64,000 nt of DNA from Escherichia phage vB_EcoM-UFV13. This document shows, in pieces, positions 9,528-20,758 of this stretch. The stretch lies in sequence record NC_031103.1. One strand, 5' to 3'. Position 1 is the stretch's first letter. Each line of letters starts with the position of its first letter. The notes below the pieces were generated by a model. The model ran no database searches. It was given only the letters and a program-made list of their open reading frames with translations, and was not told the origin of the DNA. Position numbers and translations under genes: made by a program.

Positions 9528-10058
9528 TTAAACTTCTGCTATAATTTTGCCATCTTTTTCTACTTGAAAATACGTATAAGGAATCGTTGCTGTGCATACT
9601 AAGGCTGGGTCTGAATCTTCCGTGTAGCTAAATTCTACTTCAGACAGGTCAGAAACCCAAGGCTTATAAAAATTTATTGACATCACGATTTCAGTTTTAC
9701 TATTATCTAAAATGTAAAGCGTAATGTATTCAGGACCTGTTTTTTGGGCAGTATTTTCGCCTGTAAGATAGTTACTAGTTCCTAGCATCCATTCATACAT
9801 TCCTATCCACGACTTAAGCTCTTCATCAACTATAAATCTCACGATGAGTGGGTCGTACTCAAATGTAACACCTGGACGTTGCGCTCGGCCTAGTCCAAAC
9901 GGCCCAGTCACGGTATCAGTAACAGGTATCCTAATTCCCGGAATAGGAACTGACTGAGCATTTAAAGTAAAAGCGGATGTAGTATTACTATGCGGTATTG
10001 ATACTACAAAGTTAGTTGTATTTGCTTGGTTAAAAATTTGTTGTAGTGCTTGCGACAT
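9528..10058 (-). CDS. 3: Tail tube terminator / sheath stabiliser; start placed at internal Met to give 176 aa
   Basis: Track ORF is 195 aa; the internal MSQALQQIF start gives the T4 gp3 length; gene order 1-3-2-4. Confidence 0.7.
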   Translation of the reverse strand: MSQALQQIFNQANTTNFVVSIPHSNTTSAFTLNAQSVPIPGIRIPVTDTVTGPFGLGRAQRPGVTFEYDPLIVRFIVDEELKSWIGMYEWMLGTSNYLTGENTAQKTGPEYITLYILDNSKTEIVMSINFYKPWVSDLSEVEFSYTEDSDPALVCTATIPYTYFQVEKDGKIIAEV

Positions 10059-10163
10059 ATATTCCTCATAATGCTTTATAAATGTTGGTGGTATAATGGG
10101 TCTAAGTCCCTTCATTCAATTCCAATTAGAACAAACAATAGAAAAGAATGGAAGATAATAGAA

Positions 10164-10988
10164 TTAGATATTTGACCAGACTTTGTTTGCAGAGAAACGT
10201 TTTCCTTTTGAAACGAACTGCTGAAGTGGCATCAACACAACGTTCGCCCAGTCTTTCGGGGCGATTTCAACAAGGCTACCCATAATATTACCGGGTATAT
10301 ATGCCTTAATCATTTGGTCTGCACCCCTAAATCCTTTCACTTGACTCCAATCAATTTTTAATTTCGTTTTATTAGTAATAGTAGGTGTATTTGCATATTG
10401 CTTTAAAAGCTCTTCTAGAAATTGCTGACGAGCTTTAGGTGGAATATAGTGCAAGTTCAATCCGTACATTAAATTATGTTTACCTAAACCGAGGTAAATT
10501 ATCAAAGGAAATTTATCCCAATAAGGAAGAGTTTCCTTGTGTTTAGCATCATAAGCAAAAGCATATATTCGTCCCGGCTGCGGGCGAACAACTTTATGTC
10601 CTTTTACTTGCTTAATAGTTTCAGCAAACCATTTTCTGGTTTTATTATTAATTGCTGCGCCTTCATTACGAATTTTATCACGCAATGTTTGTCTGAATGA
10701 ATTTATCATAAGCAGTTGTCTTTCTTGCTTATTGAGCTTATTCATTGGTTTTGATTCAAGCTTTTGAATCTTTTCAGCCGTTTTAATTCCCGAAGCATAT
10801 TTTGACATTGCCGAAGTAAACGTAGAGTATTTGATTCCTCTTTCTTCAGCAAATTGCTTTCCTGTCATTCCTTTTGCTTTGGCCTTTTTGTATTCAAGAC
10901 CTATCTGAATCCATTTCTTTTCGTTTAATGATTGCTTAACCTTTGGAACTTGGGGAGTGCTTTCATTAATTATTTGAAAAATAGCCAT
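10164..10988 (-). CDS. 2: DNA end-protector protein
   Basis: 274 aa, basic; position and size as T4 gp2. Confidence 0.75.
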
Positions 10989-11440
10989 TATGCCCCCTTA
11001 AAGCCAAGAGCTCGTAATCCATCTTCTGTTAGAATTCTAAATTTTATTCCACGCTTTTCAGCTAAAGATTGTGCTGCTTTCCATTTGTCAGTGTTCACAG
11101 ACCAGGTATAAATTTCATTCATAAATCTTTTCTTCGCTGCGGTTGTTAGATGTGCTGGTTTAACTGGTGGTTGTGTTTCTTTTTTAGGTTTTATTTCAAT
11201 AAAAAATTCTTGCCCAGAAGAATCTTTCATCCAAATATCCATGAAGTATCTACGTTTTTTCCCTTCTGCATTACAAAAATAAGGAATTACTGCTGTTTCA
11301 CTACCCCATGCAATAATTTCTGGATTTTTATCTAACCATTCAAAAAAGAATTTTTCCCAATTTGATCTATACGTAATTTTTTTAGGGTCACCTCTATACT
11401 TTGATATATTTTTAGGAACCCATTTTCCAGAATATGCCAT
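10988..11440 (-). CDS. 4: Head completion protein
   Basis: 150 aa; position and size as T4 gp4. Confidence 0.75.
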
Positions 11441-11451
11441 TGGATTCTCCT

Positions 11452-11459
11452 TATAAATA
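11452..11459 (+). promoter_or_regulatory. Late promoter box TATAAATA for gene 53
   Basis: exact TATAAATA 29 nt upstream of the gene 53 ATG. Confidence 0.7.
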
Positions 11460-11466
11460 GATAATA

Positions 11467-11474
11467 TATTTATA
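11467..11474 (-). promoter_or_regulatory. Late promoter box TATAAATA (minus strand) for gene 4, divergent from the gene 53 promoter
   Basis: plus tatttata; 27 nt upstream of the gene 4 ATG. Confidence 0.6.
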
Positions 11475-11487
11475 AACAGGAGGGCCC

Positions 11488-12078
11488 ATGCTCTTTACAT
11501 TTTTTGATCCGATTGAATATGCGGCCAAAACGGTGAATAAAAACGCGCCGACTATTCCTATGACAGATATTTTTAGAAACTATAAAGACTATTTTAAACG
11601 TGCTCTTGCGGGATACCGCTTACGTACTTATTATATTAAAGGTTCACCACGCCCGGAAGAATTAGCAAATGCTATATATGGAAATCCACAGCTGTATTGG
11701 GTTTTATTGATGTGTAATGATAATTATGACCCGTATTATGGATGGATTACTTCACAAGAAGCTGCTTATCAAGCATCTATACAAAAATACAAAAACGTAG
11801 GTGGAGACCAAATAGTATATCATGTGAATGAGAACGGTGAAAAATTTTATAATTTAATATCATACGATGATAATCCATATGTTTGGTATGACAAAGGCGA
11901 TAAAGCTAGAAAATATCCTCAATATGAAGGAGCACTTGCTGCGGTCGATACGTATGAAGCGGCTGTTCTTGAAAATGAAAAACTTCGTCAAATAAAAATA
12001 ATAGCAAAATCAGACATCAATTCATTTATGAACGACCTTATACGTATAATGGAGAAATCTTATGGAAATGATAAGTAA
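11488..12078 (+). CDS. 53: Baseplate wedge protein
   Basis: 196 aa; first gene of the plus-strand late block. Confidence 0.8.
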   Translation: MLFTFFDPIEYAAKTVNKNAPTIPMTDIFRNYKDYFKRALAGYRLRTYYIKGSPRPEELANAIYGNPQLYWVLLMCNDNYDPYYGWITSQEAAYQASIQKYKNVGGDQIVYHVNENGEKFYNLISYDDNPYVWYDKGDKARKYPQYEGALAAVDTYEAAVLENEKLRQIKIIAKSDINSFMNDLIRIMEKSYGNDK

Positions 12079-13789
12079 TAACCTCAACTGGTTTGTTGGT
12101 GTTGTTGAAGATAGAATGGACCCATTAAAATTAGGTCGTGTTCGTGTTCGTGTGGTTGGTTTGCATCCACCTCAAAGAGCACAAGGTGATGTAATGGGTA
12201 TTCCAACTGAAAAATTACCATGGATGTCAGTTATTCAACCTATAACTTCTGCAGCAATGTCTGGAATTGGAGGTTCTGTTACAGGGCCAGTAGAAGGAAC
12301 TAGAGTTTATGGTCATTTTTTAGACAAATGGAAAACTAACGGAATTGTCCTTGGCACATATGGTGGAATAGTTCGCGAAAAACCGAATAGACTTGAAGGA
12401 TTTTCTGACCCAACTGGGCAATATCCTAGACGTCTAGGAAATGATACTAACGTATTAAACCAAGGCGGAGAAGTAGGATATGATTCCTCTTCTAATATTA
12501 TCCAAGATAGCAATCTAGACACCGCAATAAATCCCGATGATAGACCACTATCAGAGATTCCAACCGATGATAATCCAAATATGTCAATGGCTGAAATGCT
12601 TCGCCGTGATGAAGGATTAAGACTAAAAGTTTATTGGGATACCGAAGGATATCCGACAATTGGTATTGGTCATCTTATCATGAAGCAGCCAGTTCGTGAT
12701 ATGGCTCAAATTAATAAAGTTTTATCGAAACAAGTTGGTCGTGAAATTACTGGAAACCCAGGTTCTATTACAATGGAAGAAGCGGTAACTTTATTTGAAC
12801 GTGATTTAGCTGATATGCAACGTGACATTAAATCACATTCTAAAGTTGGCCCAGTTTGGAAAGCAGTTAATCGTTCTCGTCAAATGGCGTTAGAAAATAT
12901 GGCATTTCAGATGGGTGTTGGCGGTGTAGCTAAATTTAACACAATGTTAACTGCTATGTTAGCAGGAGATTGGGAAAAAGCATATAAAGCCGGTCGTGAT
13001 TCATTGTGGTATCAACAAACAAAAGGCCGTGCATCCCGTGTTACCATGATTATTCTTACGGGGAATTTGGAATCATATGGTGTTGAAGTGAAAACTCCAG
13101 CTAGGTCTTTATCGGCAATGGCTGCGACTGTAGCTAAATCTTCTGATCCTGCTGACCCTCCTATTCCAAATGACTCGAGAATTTTATTCAAAGAACCAGT
13201 TTCTTCATATAAAGGCGAATATCCTTATGTGCATACAATGGAAACTGAAAGTGGACATATTCAGGAATTTGATGATACCCCTGGGCAAGAACGATATAGA
13301 TTAGTTCATCCAACTGGAACTTATGAAGAAGTATCACCGTCAGGAAGAAGAACAAGAAAAACTGTTGATAATTTGTATGATATAACCAACGCTGATGGTA
13401 ATTTTTTGGTAGCCGGCGATAAAAAGACTAACGTGGGTGGATCAGAAATTTATTACAACATGGATAATCGTCTTCACCAAATAGATGGAAGCAATACAAT
13501 ATTTGTACGTGGCGATGAAACTAAGACGGTTGAAGGTAATGGAACTATCCTAGTCAAAGGTAATGTTACTATTGTAGTTGAAGGTAATGCTGACATTACA
13601 GTTAAAGGAGATGCTACCACTTTAGTTGAAGGTAATCAAACTAATACAGTAAATGGAAATCTTTCTTGGAAAGTTGCTGGAACAGTTGATTGGGACGTTG
13701 GTGGTGATTGGACAGAAAAAATGGCATCTATGAGTTCTATTTCATCTGGTCAATACACAATTGATGGATCGAGGATTGACATTGGCTAA
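12062..13789 (+). CDS. 5: Baseplate central spike with lysozyme domain
   Basis: 575 aa; central lysozyme-like segment DEGLRLKVYWDTEGYPTIGIGHL parallels the e N-terminus; C-terminal VEGN/VKGD beta-helix repeats. Confidence 0.95.
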   Translation: MEMISNNLNWFVGVVEDRMDPLKLGRVRVRVVGLHPPQRAQGDVMGIPTEKLPWMSVIQPITSAAMSGIGGSVTGPVEGTRVYGHFLDKWKTNGIVLGTYGGIVREKPNRLEGFSDPTGQYPRRLGNDTNVLNQGGEVGYDSSSNIIQDSNLDTAINPDDRPLSEIPTDDNPNMSMAEMLRRDEGLRLKVYWDTEGYPTIGIGHLIMKQPVRDMAQINKVLSKQVGREITGNPGSITMEEAVTLFERDLADMQRDIKSHSKVGPVWKAVNRSRQMALENMAFQMGVGGVAKFNTMLTAMLAGDWEKAYKAGRDSLWYQQTKGRASRVTMIILTGNLESYGVEVKTPARSLSAMAATVAKSSDPADPPIPNDSRILFKEPVSSYKGEYPYVHTMETESGHIQEFDDTPGQERYRLVHPTGTYEEVSPSGRRTRKTVDNLYDITNADGNFLVAGDKKTNVGGSEIYYNMDNRLHQIDGSNTIFVRGDETKTVEGNGTILVKGNVTIVVEGNADITVKGDATTLVEGNQTNTVNGNLSWKVAGTVDWDVGGDWTEKMASMSSISSGQYTIDGSRIDIG

Positions 13790-13823
13790 TATACTTCCAA
13801 TGAGCGCTGATTTAGGAGAATCC

Positions 13824-14318
13824 ATGGAAGGTTCTTCTATCGACGTCACCTTTACCGCTCAATTAGAAACAGGTGAAACGTTAGTATCTATAAATATAAC
13901 TAGTTACGAAGAAACTCCTGGGGTTTTAGTAGAAGAAAATCGTTTATATGGAACGTATGAATCTGTATTTGGATTTGGAAATGACGCATTGAAATATCGT
14001 TTAGATGATGAATTTAAAACTGCTGCTTCATGGGAAGACCTTCCAACTGATTCTAATACTCAGTTATATTTATGGAAAGCTCCTCAAAATCTCCAGAAGA
14101 CATTCACTTACGAAGTAACATTAATATATGACTACCAAGAACAAAGTGAATCTGGGGGTTCTGGCAGTAATTCTAGGTCATCTTCTGATACTACTGAACC
14201 AACGGATCCTCCTGCTCCAGTAAGAAAAACTCTTGTTAAAAATTACACAAAAACTATAGTTGGAAATTGGAGCCGTTGGGCTAATAAATTGAGAAGCTAT
14301 GTGTATGAGAGGTCATAG
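13824..14318 (+). CDS. Hypothetical protein 5.1-like; start chosen at ATG with SD
   Basis: Track ORF begins at TTG 13761 inside gene 5; ATG at 13824 preceded by TAGGAG. Confidence 0.55.
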
Positions 14319-14612
14319 ATGTCAGGATTAAGTTATGATAAGTGTGTTACTGCTGGTCATGAAGCGTGGCCTCCAACAGTTGTGAATGCCACACAAAGTA
14401 AAGTATTCACTGGAGGAATTGCTGTTCTAGTAGCAGGCGATCCAATTACAGAACATACAGAAATTAAAAAGCCATATGAAACACATGGCGGAGTGACACA
14501 ACCTAGAACTTCTAAGGTATATGTCACTGGAAAGAAAGCTGTTCAAATGGCTGATCCAATATCATGCGGTGATACTGTGGCTCAGGCATCATCTAAAGTA
14601 TTCATTAAATAG
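14319..14612 (+). CDS. 5.4: PAAR-repeat spike-tip protein
   Basis: 97 aa; matches recalled T4 gp5.4; located between 5 and 6. Confidence 0.8.
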
Positions 14613-14620
14613 GATTTAAA

Positions 14621-16603
14621 ATGGCAAATACCCCTGTAAATTATCAATTAACAAGAACAGCAAATGCTATTCCCGAGATATTCGTCGGGGGTACGTTTGC
14701 TGAAATAAAACAAAACCTCATTGAATGGCTTAATGGCCAAAATGAATTTTTGGATTATGATTTTGAAGGCTCAAGATTAAACGTTCTGTGTGACCTTTTG
14801 GCTTATAATACGCTGTACATTCAGCAGTTTGGTAATGCTGCTGTGTATGAAAGCTTTATGCGTACTGCTAACTTACGAAGTTCAGTTGTTCAAGCTGCAC
14901 AAGATAACGGATATTTACCTACTTCAAAATCCGCTGCGCAGACCGAAATTATGTTAACATGCACCGACGCATTGAATAGGAATTACATTACTATTCCTCG
15001 CGGAACTCGCTTTTTAGCATATGCAAAAGATACTTCTGTTAATCCATATAACTTCGTTTCTACCGAAGACGTTATTGCTATTCGTGATAAAAATAACCAA
15101 TATTTTCCACGTTTAAAACTTGCTCAAGGACGTATCGTAAGAACTGAAATCATTTATGATAAATTAACACCTATTATCATTTATGATAAAAATATTGATA
15201 GAAACCAGGTTAAATTATATGTTGATGGAGCGGAATGGATTAACTGGACGAGAAAGTCAATGGTTCATGCTGGTTCAACATCAACGATTTACTATATGCG
15301 TGAAACTATTGATGGAAACACTGAATTCTATTTTGGCGAAGGTGAAATTTCTGTTAATGCTTCTGAAGGAGCTTTGACCGCTAATTATATCGGAGGTCTT
15401 AAACCTACCCAGAACTCTACGATTGTTATTGAGTACATCAGTACTAATGGTGCAGATGCGAACGGCGCAGTCGGATTTTCATACGCAGATACATTAACAA
15501 ATATAACTGTCATCAATATTAATGAAAACCCAAACGATGACCCAGATTTTGTTGGGGCAGATGGCGGCGGTGACCCAGAAGATATTGAGCGTATTCGCGA
15601 ATTGGGTACTATTAAACGTGAAACTCAGCAACGATGCGTAACTGCGACTGACTACGATACATTTGTTTCAGAGAGATTTGGTTCTATTATTCAAGCTGTT
15701 CAGACTTTCACTGATTCTACTAAACCTGGTTATGCATTTATTGCTGCTAAACCTAAATCAGGATTGTATTTAACTACTGTACAACGTGAAGATATTAAAA
15801 ATTATCTCAAAGACTATAATTTAGCTCCTATTACGCCATCAATTATTTCTCCTAATTATCTTTTTATTAAGACTAATTTAAAAGTAACATATGCTTTAAA
15901 TAAACTGCAAGAATCCGAGCAGTGGCTTGAAGGTCAAATAATTGATAAAATTGATCGTTATTATACTGAAGATGTAGAAATTTTTAACTCGTCTTTTGCC
16001 AAGTCTAAGATGTTGACATATGTAGATGATGCAGATCATTCTATCATTGGTTCATCAGCGACAATTCAAATTGTTCGTGAAGTACAAAACTTCTATAAAA
16101 CACCTGAAGCAGGTATTAAATACAATAATCAAATAAAAGATCGTTCTATGGAATCTAATACGTTTTCATTTAATTCTGGACGAAAGGTTGTAAATCCTGA
16201 TACTGGTTTAGAAGAAGATGTATTATATGATGTTCGTATAGTATCAACAGACCGAGATTCTAAAGGAATTGGTAAAGTTATTATTGGTCCATTTGCTTCT
16301 GGCGATGTTACAGAAAATGAAAACATTCAGCCGTATACAGGCAATGATTTTAACAAATTAGCAAATTCTGATGGACGCGACAAATACTATGTTATCGGTG
16401 AAATAAATTATCCAGCTGACATGATTTATTGGAATATCGCTAAAATTAATTTAACATCTGAAAAATTTGAAGTTCAGACTATTGAATTATATTCTGACCC
16501 AACCGATGATGTTATCTTTACTCGCGATGGTTCACTGATTGTATTTGAAAATGACTTACGTCCACAATACTTAACTATCGATTTGGAGCCTATATCACAA
16601 TGA
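14621..16603 (+). CDS. 6: Baseplate wedge protein
   Basis: 660 aa; size and order as T4. Confidence 0.9.
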   Translation: MANTPVNYQLTRTANAIPEIFVGGTFAEIKQNLIEWLNGQNEFLDYDFEGSRLNVLCDLLAYNTLYIQQFGNAAVYESFMRTANLRSSVVQAAQDNGYLPTSKSAAQTEIMLTCTDALNRNYITIPRGTRFLAYAKDTSVNPYNFVSTEDVIAIRDKNNQYFPRLKLAQGRIVRTEIIYDKLTPIIIYDKNIDRNQVKLYVDGAEWINWTRKSMVHAGSTSTIYYMRETIDGNTEFYFGEGEISVNASEGALTANYIGGLKPTQNSTIVIEYISTNGADANGAVGFSYADTLTNITVININENPNDDPDFVGADGGGDPEDIERIRELGTIKRETQQRCVTATDYDTFVSERFGSIIQAVQTFTDSTKPGYAFIAAKPKSGLYLTTVQREDIKNYLKDYNLAPITPSIISPNYLFIKTNLKVTYALNKLQESEQWLEGQIIDKIDRYYTEDVEIFNSSFAKSKMLTYVDDADHSIIGSSATIQIVREVQNFYKTPEAGIKYNNQIKDRSMESNTFSFNSGRKVVNPDTGLEEDVLYDVRIVSTDRDSKGIGKVIIGPFASGDVTENENIQPYTGNDFNKLANSDGRDKYYVIGEINYPADMIYWNIAKINLTSEKFEVQTIELYSDPTDDVIFTRDGSLIVFENDLRPQYLTIDLEPISQ

Positions 16604-19600
16604 CAGTAAAAGCACCTTCAGTCACTAGTCTCAGAATTTCCAAGTTATCCGCAAATCAGGTGCAAGTACGCTGGGATGACGTTGGTGCTAATTTCTACTA
16701 TTTTGTAGAAATCGCTGAGACAAAAACAGACTCGGGGGAAAATCTCCCGAGTAATCAATACAAATGGATTAACTTAGGATATACAGCAAATAATAGTTTC
16801 TTTTTTGATGACGCTGATCCGCTGACATCGTATGTTATTAGAGTAGCTACGGCGGCGCAAGATTTTGAGCAGTCTGATTGGATTTATACCGAAGAGTTTG
16901 AAACTTTTGCTACGAATGCTTACACATTTCAAAACATGATTGAAATGCAATTAGCTAATAAATTCATTCAAGAAAAGTTCACTCTTAATAATTCTGATTA
17001 TGTTAATTTTAATAATGACACCATAATGGCTGCATTGATGAATGAATCGTTCCAGTTCAGCCCATCGTATGTTGATGTCTCATCAATCAGTAATTTTATT
17101 ATTGGTGAAAATGAGTATCATGAAATACAAGGTTCTATTCAGCAAGTATGTAAGGATATTAACCGAGTTTATTTGATGGAATCAGAAGGGATTCTATATC
17201 TTTTTGAGCGCTATCAACCCGTAGTTAAAGTATCTAATGATAAAGGACAAACCTGGAAAGCCGTAAAGCTCTTCAATGACCGCGTAGGATATCCTTTATC
17301 TAAGACAGTATATTACCAATCTGCAAACACAACATACGTTCTAGGATACGACAAGATTTTCTATGGCCGTAAATCGACTGACGTTAGATGGTCAGCAGAT
17401 GATGTCAGATTCAGTTCACAGGATATAACATTTGCTAAACTTGGTGACCAACTTCATTTAGGATTCGATGTTGAAATCTTCGCTACTTATGCTACTTTAC
17501 CGGCGAATGTATACCGCATTGCAGAAGCTATTACTTGCACCGATGATTACATTTACGTTGTTGCCAGAGATAAAGTTAGATACATAAAAACGAGTAATGC
17601 ACCTATAGATTCTGATCCATTATCCCCAACATATTCGGAAAGACTTTTTGAACCTGACACAATGACTATAACCGGAAATCCTAAAGCAGTATGCTATAAA
17701 ATGGATTCTGTTGGTGATAAAGTTTTTGCTCTTATTATTGGTGAAGTTGAAACATTAAATGCNAATCCNAGAACATCAAAAATAATTGATTCCGCTGATA
17801 AAGGAATATATGTTTTAAATCATGACGAAAAAACATGGAAAAGAGTTTTTGGTAATACNGAAGAAGAAAGAAGACGTATTCAACCNGGATATGCGAATAT
17901 GTCAACTGACGGTAAATTAGTTTCTCTGTCTTCGAGTAATTTTAAATTTTTAAGCGATAACGTTGTTAATGACCCTGAAACTGCAGCAAAATATCAGTTA
18001 ATTGGTGCTGTCAAATATGAATTTCCTCGTGAATGGTTAGCTGATAAGCATTATCATATGATGGCATTTATAGCGGATGAAAAATCTGATTGGGAGACTT
18101 TTACTCCTCAACCAATGAAATACTACGCAGAACCGTTCTTTAACTGGTCTAAAAAATCTAACACACGTTGTTGGATAAACAACTCCGATAGGGCTGTAGT
18201 AGTTTATGCTGATTTAAAATACATCAAAGTTATAGAAAATATTCCAGAAACATCACCAGATAGATTAGTTCATGAATACTGGAATGATGGCGATTGCACT
18301 ATAGTAATGCCAAATGTTAAATTCACTGGATTTAAAAAATACGCATCAGGAATGCTTTTTTACAAAGCCTCCGGTGAAATAATTTCTTACTATGATTTTA
18401 ACTATCGTGTGAGAGATACAGTAGAAATTATTTGGAAGCCAACTGAAGTATTTTTAAAAGCATTTTTACAAAACCAAGAGCATGAGACTCCTTGGTCACC
18501 AGAAGAAGAGCGTGGATTAGCTGACCCTGATTTAAGACCATTGATTGGCACAATGATGCCTGATTCTTATTTGTTACAGGATTCGAATTTTGAAGCATTT
18601 TGCGAAGCATATATTCAATATCTTTCTGATGGATATGGAACTCAGTATAACAATTTACGAAATTTAATTCGTAACAAATATCCACGAGAAGAGCATGCGT
18701 GGGAATATTTGTGGTCAGAGATATATAAAAGAAACATTTATTTAAATGCTGACAAACGTGATGCTGTTGCAAGATTTTTCGAATCACGTAGCTATGATTT
18801 TTATTCTACTAAAGGAATTGAAGCATCATACAAATTTCTTTTTAAAGTTCTTTATAATGAAGAGGTTGAAATTGAAATTGAATCTGGGGCTGGTACTGAA
18901 TATGATATAATCGTTCAATCTGATTCTTTGACTGAAGACTTAGTAGGACAAACGATTTATACAGCTACAGGAAGATGTAATGTTACTTATATAGAAAGAA
19001 GTTATTCTAATGGTAAATTGCAATGGACCGTAACTATTCATAATCTTTTGGGACGATTAATTGCCGGTCAAGAAGTTAAAGCAGAAAGACTTCCTAGTTT
19101 TGAAGGCGAAATTATTCGTGGGGTTAAAGGAAAGGATTTGCTTCAAAATAATATAGACTATATTAATAGAAGTCGATCATATTATGTAATGAAAATTAAA
19201 TCCAATTTACCTTCTTCTCGTTGGAAATCTGACGTTATTCGTTTTGTTCATCCAGTAGGATTTGGATTTATAGCAATTACCCTTTTAACGATGTTTATTA
19301 ATGTTGGTTTAACTCTTAAACACACAGAGACTATAATTAATAAATACAAAAACTATAAATGGGATTCTGGATTGCCTACTGAATATGCTGATAGAGTAGC
19401 TAAATTGACTCCAACTGGTGAAATTGAGCATGATTCGGTAACAGGCGAAGCAATTTATGAGCCTGGCCCAATGGCTGGTGTAGAATATCCTCTTCCTGAT
19501 GACTATAATGCTGAAAATAACAATTCAATATTTCAAGGTCAATTGCCGTCTGAACGACGTAAATTAATGAGTCCTTTATTTGATGCATCTGGAACAACAT

Positions 19601-19698
19601 TTGCACAATTTAGAGATTTAGTTAATAAACGTCTAAAAGATAATATAGGAAATCCAAGAGACCCTGAAAATCCAACACAGGTTAAAATAGATGAATGA
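16600..19698 (+). CDS. 7: Baseplate wedge initiator; contains 4 ambiguous bases
   Basis: 1032 aa; n at 17763, 17769, 17859, 17886. Confidence 0.9.
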   Translation: MTVKAPSVTSLRISKLSANQVQVRWDDVGANFYYFVEIAETKTDSGENLPSNQYKWINLGYTANNSFFFDDADPLTSYVIRVATAAQDFEQSDWIYTEEFETFATNAYTFQNMIEMQLANKFIQEKFTLNNSDYVNFNNDTIMAALMNESFQFSPSYVDVSSISNFIIGENEYHEIQGSIQQVCKDINRVYLMESEGILYLFERYQPVVKVSNDKGQTWKAVKLFNDRVGYPLSKTVYYQSANTTYVLGYDKIFYGRKSTDVRWSADDVRFSSQDITFAKLGDQLHLGFDVEIFATYATLPANVYRIAEAITCTDDYIYVVARDKVRYIKTSNAPIDSDPLSPTYSERLFEPDTMTITGNPKAVCYKMDSVGDKVFALIIGEVETLNXNXRTSKIIDSADKGIYVLNHDEKTWKRVFGNXEEERRRIQXGYANMSTDGKLVSLSSSNFKFLSDNVVNDPETAAKYQLIGAVKYEFPREWLADKHYHMMAFIADEKSDWETFTPQPMKYYAEPFFNWSKKSNTRCWINNSDRAVVVYADLKYIKVIENIPETSPDRLVHEYWNDGDCTIVMPNVKFTGFKKYASGMLFYKASGEIISYYDFNYRVRDTVEIIWKPTEVFLKAFLQNQEHETPWSPEEERGLADPDLRPLIGTMMPDSYLLQDSNFEAFCEAYIQYLSDGYGTQYNNLRNLIRNKYPREEHAWEYLWSEIYKRNIYLNADKRDAVARFFESRSYDFYSTKGIEASYKFLFKVLYNEEVEIEIESGAGTEYDIIVQSDSLTEDLVGQTIYTATGRCNVTYIERSYSNGKLQWTVTIHNLLGRLIAGQEVKAERLPSFEGEIIRGVKGKDLLQNNIDYINRSRSYYVMKIKSNLPSSRWKSDVIRFVHPVGFGFIAITLLTMFINVGLTLKHTETIINKYKNYKWDSGLPTEYADRVAKLTPTGEIEHDSVTGEAIYEPGPMAGVEYPLPDDYNAENNNSIFQGQLPSERRKLMSPLFDASGTTFAQFRDLVNKRLKDNIGNPRDPENPTQVKIDE

Positions 19699-20695
19699 TT
19701 CAAGTGTTATCTATCGTGCGATAGTTACTTCAAAATTTAGAACAGAAAAAATGTTGAATTTTTATAATTCAATTGGAAGTGGTCCGGATAAAAACACTAT
19801 CTTTATCACATTTGGAAGATCAGAACCATGGTCATCAAATGAAAATGAGGCGGGCTTTGCCCCGCCTTATCCAACCGATTCTGTATTAGGTGTAACTGAC
19901 ATGTGGGCTCATATGATGGGAACAGTAAAAGTTCTTCCATCAATGCTTGATGCAGTTATTCCTCGCAGAGATTGGGGAGATACTAGATATCCGGATCCAT
20001 ACACATTTAGAATTAATGATATTGTAGTGTGTAACTCAGCTCCTTACAACGCTACTGAATCAGGTGCAGGCTGGTTAGTATATCGTTGTTTAGATGTTCC
20101 TGATACCGGAATGTGTTCAATCTCATCTTTAACTGATAAGGATGAATGCCTTAAGTTAGGTGGAAAATGGACTCCTTCTGCTAGGTCAATGACTCCTCCT
20201 GAAGGTCGAGGAGATGCTGAAGGAACAATTGAACCTGGGGACGGATATGTTTGGGAATATCTATTTGAGATTCCGCCTGATGTATCTATAAATAGATGTA
20301 CGAATGAATATATCGTGGTTCCTTGGCCTGAGGAATTAAAAGAAGACCCGACTAGATGGGGGTATGAAGATAATCTCACTTGGCAACAAGATGATTTTGG
20401 ATTAATTTACCGTGTTAAGGCAAATACTATTCGTTTTAAAGCATATTTAGATTCAGTTTATTTTCCTGAAGCTGCATTGCCAGGAAATAAAGGATTTAGA
20501 CAAATATCAATAATCACGAATCCTCTTGAAGCTAAAGCTCATCCAAATGACCCAAATGTTAAAGCTGAAAAGGATTATTATGATCCGGAAGATTTAATGA
20601 GGCATTCGGGTGAAATGATTTATATGGAAAATAGGCCACCTATTATTATGGCAATGGATCAGACAGAAGAAATCAATATTCTGTTTACATTTTAA
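19691..20695 (+). CDS. 8: Baseplate wedge protein
   Basis: 334 aa; order as T4. Confidence 0.9.
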   Translation: MNDSSVIYRAIVTSKFRTEKMLNFYNSIGSGPDKNTIFITFGRSEPWSSNENEAGFAPPYPTDSVLGVTDMWAHMMGTVKVLPSMLDAVIPRRDWGDTRYPDPYTFRINDIVVCNSAPYNATESGAGWLVYRCLDVPDTGMCSISSLTDKDECLKLGGKWTPSARSMTPPEGRGDAEGTIEPGDGYVWEYLFEIPPDVSINRCTNEYIVVPWPEELKEDPTRWGYEDNLTWQQDDFGLIYRVKANTIRFKAYLDSVYFPEAALPGNKGFRQISIITNPLEAKAHPNDPNVKAEKDYYDPEDLMRHSGEMIYMENRPPIIMAMDQTEEINILFTF

Positions 20696-20700
20696 ATTAA

Positions 20701-20723
20701 GGGAGCCCATGGGCTCCCTTTTT
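20701..20723 (+). terminator. Intrinsic terminator after gene 8
   Basis: GGGAGCCC-ATG-GGCTCCC hairpin followed by TTTTT. Confidence 0.65.
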
Positions 20724-20726
20724 CTT

Positions 20727-20734
20727 TATAAATA
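20727..20734 (+). promoter_or_regulatory. Late promoter box TATAAATA for gene 9
   Basis: exact match 25 nt upstream of the ATG. Confidence 0.7.
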
Positions 20735-20758
20735 CTATAAACTCATAAGGAAACCGCT

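Noticed and set aside
13761-13823. N-terminal extension of the 5.1-like ORF overlapping the end of gene 5
   Set aside because: Begins at TTG inside gene 5; an in-frame ATG with TAGGAG at 13824 is a better start.
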